Origin: Mobula hypostoma
Lineage: Eukaryota
DNA: 64,000 nucleotides
Direction: 5' to 3'
NCBI RefSeq assembly: GCF_963921235.1
Contig: NC_086108.1
Span: 21,824,001 to 21,888,000, forward strand
A program made the translations under genes and the position numbers. The notes beneath the pieces were generated by a model. That model had not been told where the DNA came from, did not search any database, and saw only the letters and a list, made by a program, of their open reading frames with translations. How positions within the stretch are numbered: the stretch's first letter is position 1; each line of letters begins with the position of its first letter. Below are positions 1 through 11,299 of this stretch, piece after piece.

Positions 1-763
1 TGTTGTATTGATCAGATTTATTATCATTGTTATTCGACATGATGTCTAAAACTTTGGCAAATTTTTATGGATGTGTAGTGGAGAGTGTATTGACTGGTTG
101 CATCACAGCCTGGTATAGAAACACCAATGTCTTTGAACAGATTGTCCTATAAAAGGTAGAGCATATGGCCCAGTCCTTTGTGGGTAAAGCCCTCCCAAAC
201 TTTGAGCACATCTATGTGAAATGCTGTTGCAGGAAAGCAGCATCCATGATCAGGGACCCCCAGCACCCAGGACATGCTCTTTTTTTAACTGCTGCCAACA
301 GAAAGAAGGTAGAGGAGCCTCAGTACTTACACCACCAGGCTGAGGAACAGTAGTTACCCCTCAGTCATCAGGCTCTTGAACCTGATAACTTCAGGGGATA
401 ACTTCACTCATTTTCACTTGACCTGTCATTGCAGTGTTCCACAGTCTAATGGACTCATTTTCAAGTACTCTACATCTCATCTTCTTGATATTTATTGCTG
501 CTTTATTTATTATTATTATTATTATTCGCACAGTGCTGTCTTCTGCATTCTGGTTAAACATCCTAGCTGGGTAGTCTTTCATTGATTCTGTTGTGGTTAT
601 TATTCTATAGATTTATTGAGTATGCCCAGAAGAAAATGAATCTCAGGGGTGTATATGGTGACATATAAACAACAGGAATTCTGCAGGTGCTGGAAATTCA
701 AGCCACGCACATCAAAGTTGCTGGTGAACACAGCAGGCCAGGCAGCATCTCTAGGAAGAGGTA

Positions 764-801
764 CAGTCGACGTTTCAGGCTGAGACCCTTCGTCAGGACT
801 A
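764..801 (-). ncRNA. Minimal type I hammerhead ribozyme motif, intact core
   Basis: Minus strand reads AGTC-CTGACGA-AGG gtctcag CCT-GAAA-CGTC-GACT: stem I, CUGANGA box, stem II, GAAA box, GUC triplet, stem I'. Confidence 0.8.
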
Positions 802-855
802 ACTGAAGGAAGAGTTAGTAAGAGATCCAAATCTCTTCCTAAATCTTCGTTCAGT

Positions 856-893
856 TAGTCCTGACGAAGGGTCTCGGCCTGAAACGTCGACTG
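856..893 (+). ncRNA. Minimal type I hammerhead ribozyme motif, intact core
   Basis: AGTC(857-860) CTGACGA(861-867) AGG..CCT(868-880) GAAA(881-884) CGTC(885-888; predicted cut after 888) GACT(889-892). Confidence 0.82.
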
Positions 894-999
894 TACCTCT
901 TCCTAGAGATGCTGCCTGGCCTGCTGCGTTCACCAGCAACTTTGATGTGTATGGTGACATATAGTTACTTCAATAATAAACTTACTTTGAATTTTGACA

Positions 1000-2050
1000 G
1001 ATGATGTGTGCTGTGCTGTTTTGTTGCTGCAGTACCGCGTAAAGAGGTAAAATTACTATAAATTACAAAAGTGTAAAAGAAGGTGTACATGAACCTTTCA
1101 GAAATCTGGTGGAGGGGAAGAAGCTGTGTTTAAAACATTGAGTGTGGGTCTTCAAGTTTCTGTACTTCCTCGCTGATGGTAATACTGCAAGAAGGTATGT
1201 CCCAGATGGCGAGGGTCTTTAATGATGGATTCTGCTGCCTTGAACCACTGACCCTAAAGCTGTCTTGCGCCACTCTGTGTATTGGAGGCTGTGTACAAGG
1301 CTGTAGTAATGCTAGTCAGTTTACTCTCTCCCATATACAGGTCGACCTTCACTAATCTGGCAACCATTAGGACCTGAGGAGTGCCGGATTAGTGAAAATG
1401 CCGAATTACAGAAGGATCACATTAAGCATAATCAGTGCCGGATTTTCAAAGGAACAAGATTACAGGTAGTTAGATTAGTGAAGGTCGACCTGTATCTGGA
1501 AGAATTGGCAAGAGTCTTTGGTGACGTAATAAATCTTGTCAGATTCCTAATGAAGTATAGCCACTAGTACGCCTTCTTCATGATTGCATTAATATATTGG
1601 GCCCAGGATATATCTTCCGAGATGTTCATGACCAGGAATTTGAAGCTGCTCACCCTTCCCACCACTGAACCCTTAATGACTGAAAGTTTCTTGATTTTCC
1701 TGTCATGAGTTCCACAATCAATTCCTTGCTCTTGATGACTTTGAGTGAGGTTGTTGATCTTTTCAAATGATCTGTCTCACTTCTGTACACTACCTCATTG
1801 CCAACTGAGATTCTGGCAACAACAGTGGTGTTATTGGTGAATTTATCATTGGTGTTTCATCAGTGCTTAGCCACACAGTCATGAGTGTAGAGACGTTTCC
1901 TGTGTTGATTGTCATTAAGGAGGAGATGTTGTTACTGATCGGCACTGATTGCGGTTTCCTGATAAGGAAGTCGAGAATCCAGTTACAGTGGCCTGGGTTT
2001 TGAAGTTTGGTGATTAGTACTGAGGGAGATGATGGTGTTAAACACTAGAT
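1000..2050 (-). mobile_element. Rex1/Babar-like LINE fragment, old
   Basis: Reverse complement resembles the + strand copy at 30900-31700 (ccaggaatttgaagctgctcaccct, ctcagtgcttagccacacagtcatgagtgtag). No long ORF. Confidence 0.65.
1338..1492. mobile_element. Tc1/mariner (pogo/Tigger-like) MITE, 155 bp
   Basis: TIR CAGGTCGACCTTCACTAATC...GATTAGTGAAGGTCGACCTG with TA on both sides. A second copy lies at 34333-34486. Confidence 0.9.
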
Positions 2051-2674
2051 TTAGGTACGTTTGTATAATTGCACAGAATATGGTGTTTGTTAGTTATCTG
2101 CAAGCACAAATAGCTCTGTGGGAATATAATGTCCTGCCAATAAAAGAAAAATGATGGTGAGTTGACACTTAATATTCACAGGTACAAACTATAATTTTAC
2201 TTCTCAATATGGAATTGAATATATTTTAAGTGCGCTTAGTTTCAGGGTTATGAGAAAAGGGTAGGGAAATCGAGCTGACTGGATGGGTTGATGAAGATTT
2301 GTCGCAGACTCGTGTTTTCTCATCTTGGATGTATTTTTAGGTTCCAGGATTTGGCTCCAATTCAGTACAAATGTCAGTAGCTGAGAAGATGTGTCTGGGG
2401 GTTTGAAAATGAAGAGAATTATTTTTGTCACAGAGTATAATTTACTTGAACTAGATCAGTGGTAGGACAATTTAGGAGTTTAAATTAATCCACATTAATT
2501 CAGGGTCAAGTTAGCTGTTGCGAGTTATCATTTCCAGATCATTGTCTTTGAGCAGATGTGAACACTATAGTTATGATTTTTTTTTCTGTTTTGCTTCAGA
2601 TGGGAACTGGATAAGTTCTTGAGAGGGTATGGATTTTTCTGGAACTATGAATATCTGTAGTTTAAAAGAATAAT

Positions 2675-2805
2675 ATAAAAATCCTGAAAATAATCAGCAG
2701 GTCAGGGTACATCTGTGGGACAAGATAAATAAGCTAATGTTTAACATCTAAGACCTTTCGTTTGAACTGTCTGATGAACAGTCTTCAACCTGCAATGTTA
2801 ACTCT
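2675..2805. mobile_element. Old Penelope-type fold-back remnant with decayed hammerhead
   Basis: cagcaggtcagg..catctgtgg arm followed by ctgatgaacagtcttcaacctgcaatgttaac (CUGAUGA box retained, GAAA box mutated). Confidence 0.5.
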
Positions 2806-4440
2806 TTTGAGGTCAGGCAAACTGGCTTATAATTTCCTTTCTTCTGCCTCCCTTCCTTCTTGAAGGCCGGAGAACCATTTGCAATTTTCCATTCCTCTGG
2901 AATCATGCCAGAATCTAGTGATTCTTGAAAGATTATTACTAATGCCTCCACAATCTCTTCAGCTACCTCTTTCAGAACCCTTGGGTGCAGTTCATCTGAT
3001 CCGTGTGACTATCTACCTTCAGACCTTTCAGCTTCTCAAGTAATAACAATTAAGCTTACTTCTGCCCCCCGACACTCTCAAACTTCCGGCAAACTGCTAG
3101 TATCTTCAACAGTGTAGATGGATGCAAAATACTTATTTATTTCATCCACCATTTCCTTGTCCCCCATTACTACCTCTGCAGCATCATTTTCCAGTGGTGT
3201 GATATCTACTCTTGCCTCTTTACTCTATATAAATCTGAAAAAAACTTTCGGCGTCCACTTTGATATTACTGGCCATCTTTATGTTTCATCTTTTCTTTCT
3301 TTATGACTTTTTCTTACTAGCTCTTCCTTCAGTTAGTCCTGACGAAGGGTCTCAGCTCGAAACGTCTACTGTACCTCTTCCTAGAGATCCTGCCTGGCCT
3401 GCTGCATTCACCAGCAACTTTGATGTGTGTTGCTTATGACTTTTTTAGTTGCCTTCTGTTGGTTTTCCCAATCTTGTAACTTCCCACTAATTTTTGCTGT
3501 ATTATATGCCTTCTCTTTTGTTTTATTGTTTTTGACTTCCCTTGTCAGCTACAGTTGTGTCGTCCCGCCTTTAGAATACTACTTTGGTTTGTATCTATAT
3601 TGCACATGCTGACTGCCCCTCTGCCCCCAAGAATCTCTCGCCATTACTGTTCTGCCATCATCCCTGTCATCCCTGGTATCCTCTTGCAGTCAACTTTTGC
3701 CAGCTCTTCTCTAACGCCTGTAATTCCCTTTACTCCACTGTAATATTGATACATCTGATTTTATCTTCTCCCTCTCAAGCTGTATGGTGAAGCCTATTGT
3801 ATTATCACTGCTCCTAAGGGTTCCTTTACCTTAAGCTCCCTAATCAAATCTGGTTCATTGCACTACACCTAATCCAGAATTGCCTTTTCCCGAGTGTGCT
3901 CAATTACAAGCTACTCTAAAAACCCATCTAATGGGTATTCTACAAATTCTCTGACTTGGAATCCAACTCCAACCTGGATTTTCCCAATTTACCAGTATAT
4001 TGAAATCCCCCATATCTATCATAACTTTGCCCTTTGACATGCATTTTCTATCTCCCGTTGTAATATGTACCTTACAGCCTGGGTACTGTTCAGAACCCTG
4101 TATATAACTCCTATCAGGGTCTTTCTACCCTTGCAGTTTCTTAACTCTATCCACAAGGATTCTATATTTTCTGATAATATGTCACCTCTTTCTGAGGATT
4201 TGATTACATTTTTTTACTAACATCCACCCACCCCTTCTGCTGACCTGTCTAACCTTTCGATACAATTTGTATCCTTTGATGTTAAGCTTCCTACTATGAT
4301 CTTCTTTCAGCCTCAATTCAGTGATGCCCACAATGTCATACCAACCAATCTCTTAAATACGCTAGAAAGTCATCTACTTTATTTTGTATACTTTATGCAT
4401 TCAATATAACATCTTCTGTCCTTATTTGTCACCCTTCTTG
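2806..4440 (-). mobile_element. CR1 LINE ORF2 fragment, decayed
   Basis: ORF 2748-2951 reads EALVIIFQESLDSGMIPEEWKIAN..FKKEGRQKKGNYKPVCLTS, the CR1 pre-RT signature. Homologous to 49740-49900. Confidence 0.85.
3313..3433 (+). mobile_element. Solo Penelope pLTR fragment with hammerhead motif and 12-bp TSD
   Basis: agtcCTGACGAagggtctcagctcGAAAcgtctact; TSD TTATGACTTTTT at 3301-3312 and 3434-3445; inserted into the CR1. Confidence 0.85.
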
Positions 4441-6569
4441 ATGGATTTTCTAAAACAAATTTTAAAAGATTCAGTGACTCATAATCGAATGACACCAAAC
4501 TGAAAATGTTATTCTTTCTTTAATCAAGAAAAGGATTTCTCAGTGAATTTACAGCCTGAATAGCTAAGCTTAAATTCCAACTGAGGAGTTCAGAGTTTAC
4601 TGATCTCATAAAATAAATTTGTTTTAGTTGGTCACAGTGTACCTGCAATATAAATGGAAAATTCAGTAGAATTTCTTCACTGTGGAGTTATCCTATGTTG
4701 AAAATGCCCATGTGTTCATGTTAGGCAAGGAGTAAAGAGATATATCGCTGTATCTTCTGTCACTGGTCAGTATAACAGTTAATTTTTAATAATGTCTACT
4801 TCAAATGATGTGTCCTGCATCGTCTTACACAAAGCAAATGACAAAACAGGTGTCATTACTTGGTATAGTGCACCATAGTATTAGTGGATACATGTAAGCT
4901 TTCATCTTATACACCACATTTGGGGTATTGTTAATCATAGCAAATTGTAAACTTGTTTGGGACTACAAAAAGTTTAAAATTAAAAAAAAAGGCAAATGAG
5001 TTATTTAGGAGCACCGATGCTACAAACAGCGAATAAATACCAGCAGCAGTCCTCAAAACATACTTCACATACTGAAAACAATTTTCTCATTTCAGTAAAT
5101 ACAACATTGTATTTGGTTCTTTTGCATTATACAATTGAATTCCCAATTCCCAGAAGGCATGAATAAGCCTTCTATTTTGTTGCAACAAAAATGCTTATTC
5201 TTTATTTTTTTGAGGTTCATTCAAAGCGTTGGCTTTTCATATCTACAGTTTCTATTCAACAACCATAGGGTGACATCGTTACTATCTTCTCTTGAGGCAA
5301 AATTTGCGATTAATTTAGGGAAACTCCTTGTGGCCTCCACATTCCATACCCACTATTTTACATCATATTAAAAGTGATTTATACGTTTCAGAAGAAGACT
5401 GAAATTTCACAATTGATGATAAGCCCCATGGTCTGCTCAGATAATCAACTAAGCTGTCCATGGTTAAATTCTTATTGGCTAGAGCCCAGTATTCCAACAT
5501 TTGGTATTATCAGCATATTATTAAAGCCATTTCCTCATAAATTCACTTTGACCTGTTAAAGATTAAACATTTACACAAACAAAACATGAAGCATGACTTC
5601 ACAAATACTTCAGCATTTAATTTAGGGAGGACATCCTGTTTTGTGCCACCAGACATAGTCCATTGCATGAGAATCAGTGCTTGACTTGGTGACAGCGCTT
5701 ATTTTAATAATAAAAATTTCAAAGGAAAAGAAATAAATGGGAAATGAAAAACAGAACCACAAAAGTAAAATGTCTGTTTCGATGCAGAAATGTGAACTAA
5801 AAACTGAAAATGCTTGAAGTATTCAGCAGGCCAGACAATTTCTATGTAGAGTGAAACACTGTTTAGCTGTCATTAGGCAAAAGGAAGATATGCAATTAGA
5901 AGGAAGGGAAAACAGATTAAGTAACAAGAAGTGTGATTAATGAAAGGTTGTGGAACTGTACTAGATGTAAATGCAAACTAACCATCCAAAGGAAAATGAT
6001 GGGTATGCCATAACTGTAAAATAAAATTGCCAGAAATTATTTTTACTGGAATTTGCAAAACAAATGCTAGGTCAGGGTTCAGGGGTTTTTCTATCAAAAA
6101 TTAACAACTGGAATTTTTGGAATAATCAAATGACTTATGACCGTTCTCATGATTCTGTGATGGATCCTGCACACAACAGCCATTAGCAAATATGCTTTAT
6201 TCTGGAAGCAACACACAAAGCTAATCAGGATTTAAAAAAAAATCCAAACTTAGAACAATACCTGACCATAATTCAATTGAGAGATGAACTGACCCTCCTT
6301 GCTAATTTCAACACAAAAGTGAAATTGACATAAGATTTCCAAGAAGGTACAACAGGCACGTAAAGGAAAAGGCAAGCAAACTCTAAGGAAGTCCTCCGTG
6401 TTATAAATCTTTAAAACAAGCAACACTTAGTTTCATCAGTGAGCTAAGTCCAAGATCTCATGGCACCAACTCTTGATTCAGTCAGAGGCATGTGTTTGAT
6501 TACCTCATTGCTGCAAAAGTGTCTACGTCTTCTATGCCTTAATTGGAGATGATGACACCCTAATTCCAG

Positions 6570-7540
6570 GATGTTAAATCACATGGGATCAAGGGCAAAC
6601 TAGCCAAATGAATACAAATTAGCTTGTAATAATGTGAGTCAGAGGGTTGTAGAGGAGTCCAGTTTTTCCTGACTGGAAGCCTGTGGCCAAATGTGTACCA
6701 CAGAGACAGGTGCTGTTTATCATTTATATTGAGATTGTAGATACCATGGTAAGTTTGCAGATGACACTGACATTGGTGGTAGAATGAACAGTAAAGGTGG
6801 TTATCAAGGACAGGATCTTGATCAATTGGCCTATTTGGTCAAGGAATGGCAGACAGAGTTTTATTAACATAAACGCAATGTGTTTCATTCTGGTCAGTCA
6901 AGCCAGGACAGGATGTACCTATTGAATAGTAGGGCATTGGGAAATGTAGAACAGAGAAATCTGAGGGTGCAGTGACATAGTTCTTTGAAAGTGGTGATAC
7001 AGGTAGATAGGATGATGAAGAAGCCCTTTGGCACCTTCTCCTTCATCGGTCAGAATATTGAGTATAGAATCTAGAAGGTCATGTTATAGCTGTACAAGAC
7101 ATTGGTAAGGCCCCATTTGGAGTGCTGCATGGAGTTCTGAACAGTCTACTCTACAAAGTTTACTATTTGATTAGGAGAGCCTGCATCAAGGAGGCCTGCA
7201 TTCTCTGGAGCTTAAGAGAATGGAATTTGATCTCAATGAAAAGTTTTCCCTGTCTGAGAAGTCTAAGACTAGTGGTCACTGTCTCAGAATAAGAGGTAAA
7301 CCGTTTGGGTTGAAATGAAAATAAATTTCTTCAATCAGAGAGCACGAATCTTTGGACATCACTTACATAAAGGTCTATGGTCATTAAATTGATTCAAAAC
7401 TCAGATTGAATAATTTCGGGATATGAAAGAGAAGTTATGCTTCTGGGATGGTGTAGGAAAATAGAACTGTGGTTTGAAGATTCATGATATTGATAAATGA
7501 CAAAATAGGCTCCAATTGGTTGACTACTGCTCCTTGTTCC
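6570..7540 (+). mobile_element. CR1 LINE 3' fragment, heavily decayed
   Basis: aagtttgcagatgacact (KFADDT), ctgtacaagacattggtaaggccccatttggagtgctgc (LYKTLVRPHLEC); many stops. Confidence 0.8.
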
Positions 7541-8204
7541 TGGGTCATGTCAGGCCATGCCATTCTAGGATAAAGCCAGGTTAGAATGATTTGTTTAGTA
7601 TTACTGCAAGGGTCCTCTCTTTTTGATCAATATTAGGCATATCATCCTCACAGATCAATACAAAATCGGAGACATATTTTGTTGGTTGATTTTTGTCATG
7701 GAGAATATAATTTCAAACATTTTGGCTCAGGTTGACTTTAGATTGTCTGCTAGTGAATCAGGTTTAAACTTCATATCTGATCAAACTTCCATAACATAAA
7801 CCGAGATTGTTCTTATCACCACCCCACCCGCCACCATTCCTCTTGCTTCAATGCTTATAGTTATTAATTCTGAAGAGCTTTTGATTTGTAGTGATTACCA
7901 TAAATTATGGTGAATAATCAGAGGTACTTGATGTGGGTTAAGTATTTCTCAGTTTCTCTTATCTACAGTATTCACCCTAGATGACTCAAGTGCTTGGAGG
8001 GAACCAAAGGATTAGTTACTTGGTTATCACTAAAATATCCAACAGCTTCTAATGATTTTGGAAGGGACAGCTTTCCTGTGAAAACAAATGTATTCTTTTA
8101 TCATTTATGGGAAATAAACCTTCTGTCTCTAAATAAATAAACAAACCCACAGATCAGGCTTCAATTTTGCATCTGTTTGCAAGTATTCATTCGTCAAAAG
8201 CAAT

Positions 8205-9990
8205 TAGAAGCATAGAAAACCTACACCATCGGATAGAACCATCATTTCAACTTGGCGAAACAACCCTGGAAAACATGGACCACTTTCCGTATCTTGGAAG
8301 TCACCTCTTCTCCAGCGTCGACCTTAATGACGAGATCCAACATCGTCTTAAGTACGCTGGAACAGCTTTTGGATGTCTCTGAACAAGAGTCTTTCATGAT
8401 CGTGACATCCGAACAGATACCAAAATGTTAGTGTACAAAGCAGTGGTAATCCCACCACTCCTGTATGCATCAGAAACCTGGACTACATACCGACGACATC
8501 TGAAAGCACTTGAAAAGTTCCATCAATGCTGTCTCCGAGACATCTTAAATATCAGCTGGGAAGATAGAAGAACCAACGTCAGTGTGCTAAATGAAGCAAA
8601 ACCAACAAGCATTGAAGCCTACGTCATCAAGAACCAACTAAGATGGAGCAGTCATGTTGTTCGGATGAAAGACGAACGTCTGCCGAAACAAATCTTCTAC
8701 TCCCAGCTTAAAGAAGGCAAACGTAAAAGAGGCGGACAACAGAAGGGATTCAAAGACGTCTTAAAGCCAACATGAAGAAATGTAACATTGACATCAACAA
8801 TTGGGAAACCAATGCCAAGGACAGGAAACTCTGGCAAGCCATCATCCGAGAAGGAACAGCAACTTTCGAAGCCAATGGATGTGCAGAATTAGAAGAAAAG
8901 AGAAGAAAATGGAAAGAGAGGCAGCAACAACCAAAGCCCGATCTGCCATCTGGAACTACCTGTCCTAAATGCGGAAGAACTTTCAAAGCCAGGATTGGAC
9001 TCATAAGCCACTTGAGAGCCCATAAGTAGATCAACAGAATGAAGACCATCATCCTCGACCTCGAGGGATAGCCATGTCAATGACGACGACACCACTATAC
9101 AGGCCCTTTGGCCCACAAAGTTGTTCTGAACATGCCCCTCCCTTAGAAAATACTAGGCTTACCCATAGCCCTCTGTTTTTCTAAGCTCCATGTACCTATC
9201 CAAAACTCTCTTAAAATATCCTATCGTATCCACCTCCACCACCGTTGCCAGCAGCCCATTCCACGCACTCACCGCTCTCTGCGTTTTTAAAAAAAAACTT
9301 ACCCCTCGCATCTCCTCTGTACCTACTCCCCGGCACCTTAAACCTGTGTACTCTTGTGGCAACCATTTCAGCCCAGGGAAAAAGCCCTTGGCTATCCACA
9401 TGATCAATGCCTCTCGTCATCTTATACACCTCAATCAGGTCACCTCTCATCCTCCATTGCTCCAAGGAGAAAAGGTCGAGTTCACTCAACCTGCTTTCAT
9501 AAGGCATGCTCCCCAATCCAGGCAACATCCTTGTAAATCTCCTCTGCACCCTTTCTATGGTTTCCACATCCTTCCTGTAGTGAGGCAACCAGAACTGAGC
9601 ACAGTACTCCAAGTGGGGTCTGACCAGGGTCCTATATAGCTGCAACATTACCTCTCGGCTCCTAAATTCAATTCCACGATTGATGAAGGACAATACAGTG
9701 TTAACCTTCTTAACCACTGAGTCAACCTGCGCAGCTGCTTTGAGCTTCCTCTATATAGGGACTCGGACCCCAAGATCCCTTTGATCCTCCACGCTGCCAA
9801 GAGTCTTACCATTAATATTATATTCTGCGATCATATTTGACCTACCAAAATGAACCACTTCACACTTATCTGTGTTGAACACCATCTGCCACTTCTCAGC
9901 CCAGTTTTGCATCCTATCAATGTCCCGCTGTAACCTTTGACGGCCCTCCACACTATCCGCAAGATCTTCAACCTTTGTGTCATCAAATTT
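8205..9990 (-). mobile_element. CR1 LINE 3' portion (its extreme tail 8205-8228 is split off by the RTE insertion)
   Basis: ORFs 9211-9717 (LYRTLVRPHLEYCAQFW..IERVQRRFTRM) and 9751-10032 (LQRDIDRMQNWAEKWQMVFN..KCEVVHFG). The 3' UTR closely matches 26003-26350. Confidence 0.92.
8229..9088 (+). mobile_element. RTE-clade LINE, 5'-truncated, relatively young
   Basis: ORFs 8167-8382, 8425-8775 and 8772-9029 give FPYLGS, LLYASETWT, QLRWSSHVVRMKDERLPKQIFYSQL and a terminal C2H2 motif CPKCGRTFKARIGLISHLRAH. (GAC)n tail. ACACCA duplication at 8223-8228 and 9089-9094. Confidence 0.9.
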
Positions 9991-10724
9991 GGTTAAAAAT
10001 TGTGGGATTCCTTTAATGAACCTGCAAAGCATCTACAATGTTGTGTATTTTTCCCAATTTAGCCACAAAACTCAGTCAGCATTTTCAGCCAACAAAATGT
10101 AATCTTCTCAGGATATTGATTACAGATAGGAATGTTTAGGGAAAGGATTGGTACACTAACTACTTTGATCTTAAAGCCTTCTTGCAGATTCAATTCTAGG
10201 TTGCATGCTTCAAGAACTTTCTTATCTGCCAGCATTCAATCATATGCAATAAAATATAATTTAAGAATAAAAATTAATGGCCCAATTGCGCTTTGATCAG
10301 ACTAAACCCCCATCAACCCCTCAATCTGAAGGAAGCAATTCAAAAACCATACTTGAAAGCATGAAGGATGATTACTGAGATTTCATTTCTCCGTGACAAG
10401 TAGGACTAGCCACTGCTAAAATACAATGAAGTTCTGTTAATCTGGCACACTTAGTAGTGGTGCCAGACTGGCAGATTTTTCATACTATTTGATGTTATTC
10501 CAAATTGCAGAATTTGGAGAATTATTGGTCATAATGTTTCAATGAATTGCCTACAATCTCATAGGGGAAAAAACTGAGAAACTGCAGCAGTGTTAAATTT
10601 CAAGTCTTGCAGATGTTGACCAGCATATTATTTCCTCTTCATTATGTTAAGGATAATCTTAACTGGACCCAGAAACTATAGTATTAACAATTGCCACTAT
10701 TGGCTTTGTTTCCTGTCAGTCCTG

Positions 10725-10965
10725 CTCCCCCTGTCTGAAACAGATCTGTGGAATTCATTGCCACATGCATATGTGGAGACCAAGAGCTAGATAGGTTCTT
10801 GATTAATCAAGAGCTAGATAGGTTTTTGATTAATCAGGATGTGAAAGGTTTTGAGGAGTGGCAGGAGAATAGAGTTGAGAGGGAAATGGATCAGCCATGA
10901 TAAATGGTTTAGCATACTAGATGGGCTTAATGGCTTGATTCTGGTCCTATCTCTTATGATCCTAT
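10725..10965 (+). mobile_element. CR1 3' end fragment containing a 27-bp tandem duplication
   Basis: ctgtggaattcattgccaca..gatcagccatgat..; caagagctagataggtt(c/t)ttgattaat occurs twice at about 10781-10836. Confidence 0.75.
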
Positions 10966-11299
10966 AAAACATCTTTTCCTGGATCCTGCTGCTTTTCACA
11001 GAAAACTATGAGCTTTTGATCATAAATACATGTGTCAATTGTAATTTCTTATGTAATTTAATTTCATAAGTAAGAAATTACTGTTTACTGTTTGGTGTGA
11101 TTAAGTGGGATTAATTCTCTGAGTGCAATTATTTAGATTAGATGCAATGTTTCTCTCTGCTTTCTGAGCAACTGTTTGGAAACTTGGCTAAGGTCTGCTG
11201 ACATTTCCAAACTAATAAAAATGACTCATTTTGCACTTATTATAGGTAATCATTCTCAGAACAGTCATTTGATTTTGCATTGCATTTCTGAGAGACAAA

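Larger units (their letters stand above)
668..950. mobile_element. Penelope-derived fold-back mini-element (two inverted pLTR arms) with 13-bp TSD
   Basis: About 709-815 is the reverse complement of about 845-950. Flanked by ATGGTGACATATA at 655-667 and 951-963. The arms match the terminus of the Penelope element at 40098-40240. Confidence 0.9.
30..998 (+). mobile_element. Rex1/Babar-like LINE, decayed 3' end (interrupted by the fold-back at 668-950)
   Basis: Decayed ORF2 C-terminus (ESVLTGCITAWY-like; KAASMIRDPQHPGHALF in ORF 165-353) followed by a 3' UTR ending aataaacttactttgaattttga. The same tail occurs at 34300-34325 and 49020-49040. Confidence 0.75.
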
